From NCBI GenBank assembly GCA_964019335.1, contig OZ025654.1, positions 682,001-746,000 on the forward strand: DNA of 64,000 bases, in the 5' to 3' direction. Below the pieces are notes generated by a model, which was given only the letters and a program-made list of their open reading frames with translations, had not been told where the DNA came from and searched no databases. The position numbers were made by a program, and so were the translations under genes. Positions 22,484 through 34,635 of this stretch are shown piece by piece. The stretch is from Diplonema japonicum (Eukaryota > Protista > Euglenozoa: Diplonemea). Position 1 is the first letter of the stretch, and every line of letters begins with the position of its first letter.

Positions 22484-23887
22484 CTAAATCTTGGCAAGCT
22501 CAACGTCCGCAGGGAAGCTCCACCCACACAAGTAATCTTCAAGAAGGCACAGCCCAGTGGGGTTTGTCATGTCCGTGTGCAGCGCGAAGTCCGATGCAGG
22601 AAGGTCCACAAAAGGTACCGTAGTGATCCCAGTAGCAATGGCGGGAACAAGGTTAAGGGAAGGGGTCGAAGGCAAAGAATCCCCAATAGCAGACACGCCC
22701 TGTGCTTTGAGCGCCTGCACGATGTGCTCCTCGGTGCTCAGATCCCGATCGTCTCTCCAGTACGACTGGTAAAGCGCATTCGTGTGTTGAGGGTGCTTGG
22801 CAAGGAACTCTAAAACCACCTGAGCATCCGTCTCAGGCGGTGTGTCCAAGGGCGAAGCGGCCACTTGCTTCGCAGACAATGGAGGCAGCCCGAACCACTT
22901 AGCCCACAGTTGAAGCTCGCCTTTCAGGTATTTCAACTTGTTCGGAACCGACGCCTTCAGGACCCCAGGGTTCAACCCTTGCTTCTCCTGAATCTCAGCA
23001 AGGTCAACCGCCTTGTATTCAATTTCAACATTGTGGGTCTTCCTTATTCTCTCCATTTCCATAATAGTGAAGTAAGACCACGGGCTTCTGATGTCATGGT
23101 ACACGATGACCTTCTGGTTGGGGGTGGCGGTGGCACCGGCAGCCATGCGCATGGAGAAGATTTTCTCGATGGTCTCCCTTGAGTCCTCGCCCTTCAGGTA
23201 CTGGTGCACCAGTGGCAGCCTGTCCACACCGAAGAAAAGAACCTTCTCCGCCGACCCAGGGTGCGAGACCATGAACATGGGAGCGCCCACCAGACCATCG
23301 TCGATGGCTTGCTGTGTTGCCTGTGCAAGGCCCTTCTTCACTTCGTCAGTAATGGTGATGCCGTACGCACTGTTCACAGGAGCAAGGTCATTTGGGACCA
23401 TCATCTTGCACTTCACATGGTACAGGTCCATCACCTCACGGCAGACGGATTCTGCGTCTTTAGTGTCAGCTGCAAGGCAGGTCCTCATAGCGTGGATAGA
23501 AGGTGCCCCTGCAGTTAGAGGGCGGCGGACCTCTGTGTAGCCCTCACGGTGCTTCATGACCCCAGCAGGCATTTTCGTTGAAAAGACATGTGCCTTGGAC
23601 CCTCGGTTCTTCAAAGCGAGCATCCACGGCACTGGGCCGTATTGCGTGAACTTCCCCTTCGGTGTGTCCACCGTGTAGTTCACGTTGGGCACCAAGGTCT
23701 TGAAAAGCCCGCCGATCAGGAATGGCTTGTAGGAGACCTCCGCACCGCAGTGCTCTGCAACGCCTTCGACCTTCTTGTAACCCCTGTACGCATTGAAGGA
23801 GCTGACATCGAAGTAGAACTCGATTTTTGCCTTCCTGTCTGTGGGCAGATGCGACCGCAGTGTGTTCAACCTTCTTTCTCCTCCCAT
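22484..23887 (-). CDS. Tandem DsbA-like / GST-kappa (2-hydroxychromene-2-carboxylate isomerase family) protein, probably peroxisomal or glycosomal
   Basis: Two domains: IEFYFDVSSFNAY...GLVGAPMF...FFGVDRL and VIVYHDIRSPWSY...GITTVPF. PTS2 RLNTLRSHL at the N-terminus and C-terminal AKI. Start MGGERRL at 23887. Confidence 0.8.
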   Translation of the reverse strand: MGGERRLNTLRSHLPTDRKAKIEFYFDVSSFNAYRGYKKVEGVAEHCGAEVSYKPFLIGGLFKTLVPNVNYTVDTPKGKFTQYGPVPWMLALKNRGSKAHVFSTKMPAGVMKHREGYTEVRRPLTAGAPSIHAMRTCLAADTKDAESVCREVMDLYHVKCKMMVPNDLAPVNSAYGITITDEVKKGLAQATQQAIDDGLVGAPMFMVSHPGSAEKVLFFGVDRLPLVHQYLKGEDSRETIEKIFSMRMAAGATATPNQKVIVYHDIRSPWSYFTIMEMERIRKTHNVEIEYKAVDLAEIQEKQGLNPGVLKASVPNKLKYLKGELQLWAKWFGLPPLSAKQVAASPLDTPPETDAQVVLEFLAKHPQHTNALYQSYWRDDRDLSTEEHIVQALKAQGVSAIGDSLPSTPSLNLVPAIATGITTVPFVDLPASDFALHTDMTNPTGLCLLEDYLCGWSFPADVELAKI

Positions 23888-25093
23888 TTCTTTTTTCTTT
23901 TTTCCCTTTTTTTCCTGTCTTTGTGGTTTCTGATTGATTAAAAAGTAGACCAGAGAGGGAAAATAATAAAAAAAAAAAAAAAAAAAAACAAACCTCACAT
24001 TGAAGACCGGAGTACTAGTAACGACCCCTACCAAAAGAAAATCGAAAACATTGGGGGAGGGGGGGGGGAGGAAAAAAAACAGCAGGGAAGGTACAATTCT
24101 GAGGGGAGGGGGAGGCGTGGAAGATGATCAGGTTTTTTTTTTCCTCCCTCTTTTTTTTCTTTTTTTTTTCTTCTTCTTTTCTTTGCAGTTCATCATCTCA
24201 ACTGATGTGCGCACGGGCTGTAAAGTGTTGCGAGAAACCGAACAATGTCATTTGGTCTTTTTTTTCTTTTTCTTTTCTTTTTTTTTTTTCTGAGCGAAAA
24301 ACCAAAACGAATAAGCGGAGGAACATTATGATTGGTGTCCTCGTGAATCAAACAGCCGTTTGCGTACTTGCCAGTGAATTAAACAATTTTATCTGAGTAA
24401 ATTCTTCTGAAGGTAAAATAACACACACACAAGCACCCCAAATGAGCATTCTGTGTGCAACATAACAACCACGCTGTCAGTGGCAAGGGAAGGGGGGTGG
24501 GGCATAAAAAGAAAGAGAAAAAAAAAGAAAGAAAAGAGAGCGCCATTGATGAACAGCTTTCTCTTTCTTTCTTCTTCTTTTTTTTCCTTTTTCGAAACAC
24601 GAGAAGGCTAGGTTGCATATAGGTGGGAAAAAAAGGGAAGGGGGGGGGAAGGGCATCGAATCAAAAGCAAAGAAAAATCAAACAACACTTGGAAAAACAG
24701 GGGGGGGACGTGGGTATTTTGGGGGATAGCAAATACTTTATTTTTTGCTATAACACCCGCCCTCAGTGCAGGGAGAAGAAATGGAATATCTTTTTTTTTT
24801 TGTAAATAGTAAATGCTCTCCTGACTCCGACTTTGCGTCCTGTCCAATTGGTTTACATCGGGGGAAAAAAAAAAGATTTTAAAAAAAAATAAAAGAAACT
24901 CAATCTACTTTATTTCTTTCTTTCTGCGGTGCATAACTCTTGGGGGGGAAAAAAAAAAGAAGAAGAAAAAAAAAGCCCCCCATTTTCCTTTAATCATTTT
25001 CCTCGCAAAAAAAGAAAATAAAGAGTGAACACACTTAAATCCCCCCCCCTCCCCCGCCAATTTTTGGAGAGAGCCTTAAAGTAACCCTTTCCT

Positions 25094-26500
25094 TCAGATA
25101 TCCAACGAAAGTGTACTATTCCCAACAGCAGTCAGTGTGGCTGTTACGGTAGCAGCCTGCGTTGTTTTGTGCAAAGCACCAGCAGAAGCAAGAGCAAGTG
25201 TGAGGTAGGTACCGGACAGCGACCCTGCTTGATTGAACAGGCCTATCGTCTGCAGAAGAACCTCGCGTTGCTTGGGCGTGATTCCTTCGCCTTCCTCCTT
25301 CATTTTTACTACTTTGGCGACCATCGTGGCAAGGTACCCATTGAGCAGCGAAAAGAAAAACACGAACGCTGCTATTGTAGCCCACCATGATTCCCCATCA
25401 GTCCCAACACCAGGATCAGACGAGCACCCAATGTAAAACAGATAAACCCCTGTTAAAAACAGGAAGAACACAACCGGCAAGAGGTTCGGGGTAACAAACA
25501 CAGCATACGAGGGGATGTACCTCCCTAGCATGTTCGCTATATAGTACATCGTGGTGCTCCAGAAGATCCTAGAGGTGTCGTACTGAAGATACGGAAGCAG
25601 CCCGGGCATCACAAGGTAGTTGAAGAAACTGTTCAGAAACGCGATTAAAAGAAAAATCTTTCCCTTCTCCAGCAAAACCCGGAACGTGACAGTTTCCTGC
25701 TGCCCATCCTCGGTGACACTGTGCGTTGCAGAATCGTTCAGCCCATGATCAAACCGCCCCCCTGGTATCCCGGGTGATGGTTCGAACCCCAGACTCGTGG
25801 ATATCACCGACGCATTGTCAGAAAAATCACCATCCTCCTCCTCCTCACTGCTGTTGATCCTGGTATATACAGGAGAAACCCAGTTTGTTTTAAACCCTTG
25901 CGAGAAGGATATTCTGACAAATGCTAACAGCCCGAACAGATTGATACCTGTGAGGATGTAAAACACGGTGTTGAGCTCGAAGTTGGCATTCGAAGCATCC
26001 TCGTTAATATTCCCGATATTCTGCGCGACACCTATGACCACACCTATGATGCCAGACAGGCCCATCCCAGTTGACATTGCTGACAATGCGGCTTCCCTGT
26101 ACTCCGCTGCAAAAGGAAACCACGTTACCTTTGATAGACACCCGCAGATCCCTCCTAGAAATGTCCACCCTAGAAGAGGGATGGAATGTCCGGAAACGGT
26201 GTCCTGTGCAGTCCATGCCAAAAGCAGCCCGCATATAATACCTATCCCCAAGACAACACCAACAGTGTTCTTCTGGGAGATGCCGAAGCGATGGCGGCAG
26301 TATATCCACATGAAGGGGGCAAGGTTACCGATTTGTACTACTGCACCGATGATAGCGGCCAGCTTGTCGCCCTCCGGCTGCCTTTTCACTAGTATGGGTA
26401 TCTCCACGAAGACGCCGTTGACGACGAGCCACGGCGCGGCCCCGATGATGAAGAAGAGAAACCACCCCTCCAGACCGACAAGGCTGCATGAACCTTGCAT
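25094..26500 (-). CDS. SLC52A: Riboflavin transporter, SLC52 family
   Basis: The N-terminal signature WLVVNGVFVEIPILVKRQPEG...QIGNLAP and GMGLSG match SLC52A; about 11 hydrophobic segments. Confidence 0.85.
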   Translation of the reverse strand: MQGSCSLVGLEGWFLFFIIGAAPWLVVNGVFVEIPILVKRQPEGDKLAAIIGAVVQIGNLAPFMWIYCRHRFGISQKNTVGVVLGIGIICGLLLAWTAQDTVSGHSIPLLGWTFLGGICGCLSKVTWFPFAAEYREAALSAMSTGMGLSGIIGVVIGVAQNIGNINEDASNANFELNTVFYILTGINLFGLLAFVRISFSQGFKTNWVSPVYTRINSSEEEEDGDFSDNASVISTSLGFEPSPGIPGGRFDHGLNDSATHSVTEDGQQETVTFRVLLEKGKIFLLIAFLNSFFNYLVMPGLLPYLQYDTSRIFWSTTMYYIANMLGRYIPSYAVFVTPNLLPVVFFLFLTGVYLFYIGCSSDPGVGTDGESWWATIAAFVFFFSLLNGYLATMVAKVVKMKEEGEGITPKQREVLLQTIGLFNQAGSLSGTYLTLALASAGALHKTTQAATVTATLTAVGNSTLSLDI

Positions 26501-26755
26501 CGTTTTTTTTTTTTTCCCTCCCTCCCCTCCCTCCCCCTTCCTTGTTTATGATTTAGAGAAGAGAAATAGGGGGGGGGGGGAGGGGGGAAGAAAAAGAAGT
26601 GGATAAAAGGGGGGAGAATAAAAAAGGTTTTTTTTTTAAAAGAAAAATTTCACTCGCGATTTTTTTAATTTTTAAAGAGGGGGGAGAGTGGGGGCGGGGC
26701 TTTTAAATTCAATATTGTACACAGAAAAAAAAAGGGGGGGGGATCTTGTAAACCT

Positions 26756-28350
26756 TTAAGGGTACCGTGTTGAACCAAGAGGTGAATAACTCGGGTCATC
26801 AAGGGAGGTGGGTCGGATGGCAGGCTCGTCAGAGGAGCCTCTGCGTTTTGAGAGCCAGCTCTCGGCGAGCTTCCGCTTTCTGCTTTCCTCCCTTCGCTGG
26901 TTGCGCAGCCCCGTCTCGAACGTCGACTTCAAGCTCCGTCCCAGGTGGAGGTACGCGTCAGTCCCATGCCCTTCAACAGAGAGAAGACGCAGGTCACCGT
27001 CGAAGTGCTGGGCGTAGAGACGGCTGATAGGCAGCCCGTACCCGAACCCAGCCAAGGGTGTCGTGTGCTGCTGAGCGGTTTCGTCATCGTCCAGCATCAC
27101 GTCGAACTGCGACACCTGCAAAAAAAAAAAAATATATATTTTCTGTTTCTTTTTCTTTTGTCCTCTCACACCTCTGCTGTGGTATACATGTAAGACATGA
27201 CCTTGTCCATGTTATCGATGGGAATGCCTCCTCCTTTGTCCGACACTTTGACGCTCAGATCTTCCAACCTGTCAGTGTCGCACACGGTTACCTCAATGCG
27301 AGGAGCATGGGAGCAATCGTACTTAGGGGCTGTGCAGTGCTTCTCGATGGTGGCTCGCAAGCTGTTCTTCAGGAGCTCGAAAAGGATGTAGTGGAGGTGC
27401 GCGGGGATGTGCGGGATCTGCACGCCCTCGCCCTGCTTCGACGTTCTGGTGAGTTTAATCTCGGGGCTGTTTCCGTACTGCTCCTCGCAGATCTCCTTTG
27501 CCTCTTGGATGGCCCCACGGCAGACTTTGTGGAGATCGGTTTTGCGGCACACGAGACCAATGTAGTCTTCCGCTCCCTTGCGAGGGGGGCGCTTCTTCAT
27601 GGCTGCGATGGCTATGTGCTGGCGGATCAAGAACCCGGCAGAGATCCTTCCCGCGTAGTACCTGTCCAGTTCCTCTTGGAGTTGCGGGTACTCCTGGATG
27701 ATGAGCTCGTTGATGCGGGACCACTCTTGTTTCTTGTCTTTGATCTTGACCTTGTTTTGCAGCATATCGCGCTTGAGCTCCCACAGACCCTTCCCGAGGG
27801 TGATGATTGATTCTTGGTATTTTTTGTGGATTTTTCGAAGCAGTTTTGTGAAGGCTTCTTCCCTCTCAGGTGTGTCTGGTTTTTCGGCCTCTGTGAGCAT
27901 CGTGAACTCGTCGATCAACCATTGCTTCACTAAACGTGTGCTCTTCATTGTCGTGAATCCGTGCGGCATGTGGCCCAGCTGGTGGATCGCTACTGCTGTC
28001 CGTATAGGGAGCTCTCTGTGAAGAAATAAATGTGTTTTGTAATCTTCGTGCTTGCAATATTCTACAAGGTCTCCCAGGTTCAACGGTGTAATCTCCTTGC
28101 TGGCGACGAAATCAATGTACTCATGCCTCGTGTGGAGCTGGTCCACGGTTTCCAACCTGTGCTCCAGCTTTTCTTGCGTGGCTTTCCATTCTTCCATTTT
28201 GCTTGTCAGGACTTCGAGCTTTTTCTGAAGCTCGTCGTTCTCTCGCAACATCCTCTTGACATCTATGTTCCCATCTGCGTGAGTTGTCCGAGTGCGTCCC
28301 TTCCACTGTGTCTGCCTCAAGCGTCCGGACAGCTGTTTTAGTTTGTTCAT
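26756..28350 (-). CDS. PDK: Pyruvate dehydrogenase kinase / BCKD kinase family; join(27172-28350, 26756-27115), 512 aa
   Basis: Motifs [21 protein letters not shown] box [11 protein letters not shown]1 DKGGGI, YMYTTA and G2 [15 protein letters not shown]. The exons are joined in frame by the intron at 27116-27171. Confidence 0.92.
27116..27171 (-). other. 56-nt GT-AG intron in PDK (phase 0)
   Basis: GAG|GTGTGA...TTTTTGCAG|GTG; removing it restores the conserved kinase C-terminus. Confidence 0.9.
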
Positions 28351-28767
28351 TTCTATTTTTTTCTTTTAAAAAAAAGGGGGGGGTCTGTTTTATTTTGCTT
28401 TCTTTTTTTTTAAAGAAAATTGGGGTGAAAAGAAAGAAGAAAAAGTCATAAGCATGGGAGGCGTACATGATAAGATTTCTTTTTTTTTAAAAAAATAAGA
28501 AGAGAAAAGAAAAGCTTCACTGACGCCATACCACCCTATCCTTTTCGCTCGAAGGGGGGGGGGGGGGGGGGTTTAATATTGAGATGTCAAAACAGAACAC
28601 ACGGTTAAACTAACTGTAAGGGAAAGGGCCTCTTCCCTTTTCTCTCTCTCTTTTTTTTTTTTAATTTTTGGGGAAAAAACATTTCATGCCACACTGACCA
28701 AAAAAAAAAAGTTTTTTTTTTTCTTCTTAGAGTCACGAAAAAATATTTTTTTCCCCCTCCCTCCTTA

Positions 28768-29367
28768 CTACAAGGCACGCGGGGTGGGGGGTGTCCCGGA
28801 CGAGGAGTCAGTGCCATTCAGCAAAGCGTAAGGACCAGTAGGAGGCGAGGAAAGGAAGGTGCAGGTACCATTTCCATCCCCACCGTTTGCAGGAGGGGTG
28901 TAGGTCCAAGCGTGGCAAGACTTCACGTACTCAATTTCACACGTAGCGCAGCAATTAATCCAAGAGGAGATGTTGTGCAGGGTGGCCACTACCTCCTTCA
29001 CGACGGTGGTGAGATTGAACCCACTGTCGTAGTTCACGGACCCAAAACAGTTTCGACATTTCAGGTCTGGCGAGCCCCCTGGAGGGACGCCCGCAGTGCT
29101 GTTGGTTTTGTTCACAAAAACTGGTTTTTCCGCTGTCAGCAGACACAGCCCGTCGTCGGTCATAGCCCATCCTTTACATTCTGGGTAGAAGTCTATGTTG
29201 CAAGAAGCACAACAATCTATAAAACCGGTGCTATTCGTGATGTTTGCAAGCACCTCCTTCCCTGCAAGATCAATCGATTGGTTGAAATAGATAGGCCCGA
29301 AGCAGTTCCTGCACCCTTCACCTGTTACAGCGAACAGTAAGCAGAGCAACAATGACGGCTTCGACAT
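28768..29367 (-). CDS. Small secreted protein with two PAN/Apple-like Cys domains, 199 aa
   Basis: Signal peptide and a duplicated module CRNCFG...CCAxC...CxxW...C. Confidence 0.8.
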   Translation of the reverse strand: MSKPSLLLCLLFAVTGEGCRNCFGPIYFNQSIDLAGKEVLANITNSTGFIDCCASCNIDFYPECKGWAMTDDGLCLLTAEKPVFVNKTNSTAGVPPGGSPDLKCRNCFGSVNYDSGFNLTTVVKEVVATLHNISSWINCCATCEIEYVKSCHAWTYTPPANGGDGNGTCTFLSSPPTGPYALLNGTDSSSGTPPTPRAL

Positions 29368-31796
29368 TTTCTTAAGACCTTCCCCACTGCTTGTTTTGGG
29401 TTAAAGGTGTGGAACATTTCTGCGGTGACCGGGGAGGAAAAAGAGTTGGGGGGGGGATGGAAAAAAAAAACGTGGCGGGGCGTGGGGGGGAAAGAAAAAT
29501 GAGGTAGGAAGAAAAGGGAGGCAAAAAAAAGGGGGAGGGGGGGAAATTTGAAGTGGGGGTAAAAATGAAATAAAAAAATTGGGGGAAACTAAAGAGAGAG
29601 AAAAGGGGGAGGGAGGAAAGGAAAATAAAAAAATAGAGAAAAAAAGGGGGGGGGGAAGGGAGGGAAAGGGGGAAGAGGTTGTTGGTTAGGCACAAGGGCG
29701 GCAGGAATGAGAAAATGGCTAATTTTTTACCCCTTTTTTTTCCCCCTCCCTTCTTTTCTTTTTCTTTTTCTTTTTCTTTTTCAAAAAAGATTTCAAAGAA
29801 ACGAAAAGAGAGAAGGGGAAAAAAAAGAAGAACTAGAACGGGGGGGGAAAAAAAAAGAGAAGAAGAAGAATAACAATAGTTAAAAAAAAAAAAAAAAGGC
29901 AAAACAGTTTCAGACCGCTTTTCTTTTTCTTTTTTGAAGAATGTCCTGGGAGGTAAGGAATAAACAAAGGAAAAAAGCGTGTTCCCCTTTTGGATATTCC
30001 CCCACTCCCCCTCGAAGACTGGAAAAAAAAGGGGGGGGGGGAGAAACTGTTATCCTTCTCTTCTTCTTCTCCTCTGCCAAAATCGTTTTAAATCCCGATT
30101 TCAAAGTGCCTATATCTTTTCTTTCCTTGGATAATGAAAGAGGGGGGAAATGATTTTTAAAAAAAAATACTAGAAAGGGGGTGGGGATTTCAACTCATAG
30201 TCTCTGGAACCTCAGGGCAAATGCACACTCCAGGGTTGTATTGTTTTAAATCTTTTTTTTAATTTTTGTATTTTGTTTTTGCCCTCTTTCAAGAAAAAAA
30301 AAACTCTCATTCCGGAGGGGGGGGGGGGGGGGGTTCCTCTCTTGTTTTGATCGAATGAAAGAGTAGCACTTTGTGTAACATACTCATAGCAGTAAAGAAT
30401 TTCTTTTGAAAATCAAAAAAACAAGAGAGCGAGAAACACACACACCACAACAGGAATAAGTGTTTTTCCCTTTTTTTTTTTTTTTTTAAAGTTTATTGAC
30501 CCAACTCCTCCCTTTTTTTTTTCTAGGTTGAATAAAAAAAAGCAGATGGGTTTCATAAAATACAGAGAAGAAAAAAAACCAAAAAGAGGGGGGGGGGGGG
30601 AATAGAAATTGAACCCACGTTTCTTCTCCCATTAAACCACATGCTACAATGACGGTTGAGTGATTTTCTTTTTTTTTTCTTTTCTTTTCTTTTTTTTTTT
30701 TCATCAACAAAAAAAAAGGAGGAAGAAATGGGGTGGTAGAGAGAAAGAGGGGGTTGGTCTCAGTTCTCCTCAACATGACACGTTTCTTTAGCACGTTCTT
30801 TTTTTTTTTTTTTTTTTTTTTCTCGCCTTTTTTTGTTTTTTTTTTTTTGTTCATTCTTTTTTTTTCTTTCTTTTCCTTTTTTTTTTTTTTTTTTGTTCCT
30901 TCTTTCGTCTTCCATTAAATGAAGAGTGAATACTGGGCCTAGGCAACAAGCGTAACCTTGCCTATGTCTACAAAAAAAAAAAAAAGAAAAAAAAGGGGGG
31001 AAAAAAAGGGGGATGGGAGGGAAACGTGTCCGTGCACCGTCGGTCTTAGAAACGGGGAAAAAAAAAAAGATTAAAAATTATCAAACATTTTACCGTTTGT
31101 TACCCTCCCTTTTTTTTTAAAATAAAATAAAAAAACACAAAAAAGAAGGAAGTGAAGTGAGACCCCGTCTCATCTTACGCCTTGTATCGTGTGTACCAAA
31201 AGAGAGGAAGGTACAGGTTGAGATGACCCTAATTTTGTTCCCTCCTTTTTTTTTTCTTTTTTTTTTCCGGAATGGAAAAAGAATAAAAAGGGGGGGGGGG
31301 TGGGAAGAGAGTATGAAAGTCACGTACTTTTAGTATCATGTTGCAGGCCTCTTTAAAAAAAAAAAGAAAAATGGAGGGGGCGGGGAGAAAAAAATTTAGG
31401 GAGGGAAACTAAGAATGAGGTAGGTAGGTGGTGGTAATTTTTTTTTTTGACTTCATTTTTCTTTTTATTGGGAAACGAGGAAATGGCATAATGACGGGGA
31501 ATAGGGGAGGGGGGAGGGGGAGAAGAGAGAGAGGGAGGGAGAAATACCCACACAAGAACGGGGGAAAAAAAAGGGAATAAATATTAGGCCTATTCGATCC
31601 TCCTTTTTTTTTTTTTTTTTTTTTCCCTCCCTTTTTTTTTCACGGTGTTCTAGATTGAGGTCAAATTTCTCATTTCCATTTTCTTCTCTTTCTTTTTTTT
31701 TTTTTTTTTTTTTCGATGACATTCTCCCGCGTTCCAGTCTTTCCGATGTCTAGGTGCCCCTCCCCATCTCCGTTGTCAAATTGTCAAATAGTACCA

Positions 31797-31832
<36 letters not shown>

Positions 31833-32411
31833 AGAAGAAGAAAAAGAAGATGGTTAAAGTGAGAACATCATAAAAGACAGAAGTAGCCAGCTCTTCTTGT
31901 TGTGTGTTTTTTTTTCTTCTTGTATATTTATCGCTCATTTCTCGACTCGACACATGGAGTGGTGGGGGAGGGGTCACTATTTAACGTTCGTGCGTCTGAT
32001 TTTAAATTCCCGACCGGAGGGAGAGTTGTCATCCATTCTTTTTTTTTTTTCATTTTAATATTGCTCCTCCGCTTAAAAGAAGAAAAAACTAAGTTAAACA
32101 CGGATCTCGCGCAGACTCTCAAAAAAAAAAAAAAAAAAAAAGAAACATTTAACAAAAAAAAGGGGGTGGCAGCCAGATTAAACAGGTAGGGGAAGAGAGG
32201 AAAAGGGAATCAAATAACTAACACAAGCAGGGAGGGGGGAAAAAAAGGGGGGGAAGGTGAACCAGGAAGAAAAAAAAAAAGAAAAAAAAAAAAAAAAGAG
32301 GAAATGAGGTCTCGTGTCCAGAATCATGGTTCATGCATCAGGGCCGGTAGAAACCTTACACTTTTTTTTTTTTTTTTTTTTTCTTCTTTTTTTCTTCCCC
32401 AAATACCTTCT

Positions 32412-32450
<39 letters not shown>

Positions 32451-32570
32451 CCCTTACCCTTTTATTCCATCTTTTCCTACTTCTCCCTCTTTCTTTTTCT
32501 TGTCGTCTCTGATATTACTTTTCCGAGTGAGCTCACTATAGCTTGTTTAAAAAATTAAATAATTATATAA

Positions 32571-34042
32571 AGGGGCCCCCTGAATAATCCCTTTATTTGG
32601 GCAGTGGAGGGGGTGTTAGGGCTCCAAAAAAAAAGAATTATTTGGAATACACTTATTTGGGTTGTACTTATTTGGGCTGGGGGGCCTGCCACATGGAAAG
32701 CAGGGAGCGGGGCTTAGAGCACTTCGGAAATCTTAACATGCCAAATCGTGCCAAGACTTTTTTCATGCCCTTTTTTTTTCCAAGGGAAATTTTAACAGTT
32801 TTTCTCCCAGGCTGTGGAGAACCCACAAACGTTGCAGACAAACCGCCTGGTTTTGGCGTTAGGTGGTTGCTGGGAGGTTGCGGGGGTCTGAGAGGCTTGA
32901 GAAACTGTCAGGTCTTGGGAGGCTGCTGGAGTCTCATCAGGTGTAGTGTCCATTGTAACACCTGCAACAACGTTCTGCTGCACTGTCTAAACTTTGCTAA
33001 GTGCCCTTAGCTGTATGGCCTCCTCGGAACTACCTGGAAGGTAGCCGTGAGATCGCATATAGCTAAAGGTGTTGAGCAGTTGCATGACCTTTCTCATGTG
33101 CTTGCCCTACCCACAGTGCCACGTTGACTCGGCACTCTGCTGCAGTCATCAACGTCCCACCTCGGCTGCTTGGGGCATGCCACAGCCCCCCTTAACCCCT
33201 CAAAATGGCGAGAAGCAGCCTCACAATACATACTTTTCCTTTTCAATCGATTGTTATATTTGTACTAATAAAATATAGCGTGCACGATGGCACTGATCAA
33301 GCGACTGGCACCTTCTGAAGAAGGGCCTCCCACGTCTGCTGGGTTGAGCAGAGGATGCCCCAGGGCAGCCGTTCCAGTCTGATCATGTCACACTATAATA
33401 TATTTCTCATCTTCTAGAAGAAAATGGGGTTTTTTGCCCTCATGGCTCACTGGGCCAGCACTCTTACTTGTGTAAGCAGCCTCACAATACTGCCAGTGGG
33501 CTACGACACAGCTTTGGGATCTTGCTCAGGAATGGAATATTGACATTGTGGGCCATGAAACAAAGCAAATACTGGATAAGTTGTCAACACATGAATGCAC
33601 TGCCCTTCCGGCAACGCAGAAGCACCCAGGCCACCCACAAGCGCCTTTGAACTAAGTGGTTCTGTGAAATTTTGAACCGTTCATCACAAACCAGCTAGCT
33701 TCTTGCGAAAAATAGTCCCCCACAATAACCCCCAGGTGCCAAACCCTGTGGTCCCTGTTCAAAATGCAAAGGAATTGCTCGTAAGTGCCCAAAACCAGGT
33801 GAAAATCGACTTTTTGGTCAAAAAAGGGGTGTCATAATGGGTTAGGTAGGCTAGTACCCTGCACAGGCATAACTGAGAAAAGCCCATTGCACGACTACCA
33901 TGTGACCCCCCCCACCCTGGTCCCCAAAAAAAAAAAGGGTTGGGAATTATTTGGGAAATTTGGAGTGGAAAAATCCCCAAAAAAAAAAGAATTATTTGGG
34001 AAAAAACACATTATTTGGGAGGGAATTATTCAGGCCCCCCCT
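32571..34042. mobile_element. Degenerate TIR DNA transposon, Kolobok-like by its termini
   Basis: Left end ATAA|AGGGGCCCCCTGAATAATCCC and right end GGGAATTATTCAGGCCCCCCCT|TTAA. Several subterminal TTATTTGG motifs at both ends, and a zinc-finger-like remnant FVCNVCGFST inside. Confidence 0.6.
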
Positions 34043-34482
34043 TTAATTACCGGATTTGTACTTTATATTGTTATGTGAAAAGTCCCAAATTGGGCAAAAG
34101 AAAATTCGAAAAAGGTACATAATATTTACAGAACACCATTAAAACAGAACATACCAAACGTGACTTTGATTTTAATGGGGCCTCCCAAGTTGGGTCCAAA
34201 ATCCGAAAAAGGTACATAATTTATACAGTACACTCAATTCCCAGACCATTATTACAACTGAACAATATAAATACAAATCCGGTATATTAAATACTATTCG
34301 GAATCTGTGAAGTAATTTCAGATTTGCGCATAAAAACCACTTTCCTACCGCCAAAGAATAGCTCAACCGTCCTCGCGGTCCATAATTAACCAAAAAAGAG
34401 CCCTTTAAGCTAAAACGTGGAACCTTGGGGTAACGGTGCAGCCATTGCTTGTTGGAAGAAAAATAGTTTTTCTTTTTCTTCC

Positions 34483-34514
<32 letters not shown>

Positions 34515-34596
34515 TTTGCGGGCTGAAAACATTAAAAAATAAATTATAAAAAATAAGGTGCAGATGTGGTCTTTTTTTCTTCCTTCCCCTCCCCCT

Positions 34597-34635
<39 letters not shown>

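Noticed and set aside
34055-34076. Resemblance to the spliced-leader 3' end (TGTACTTTATATTG TTATG)
   Set aside because: Short AT-rich partial match with no upstream SL sequence and no GT donor.
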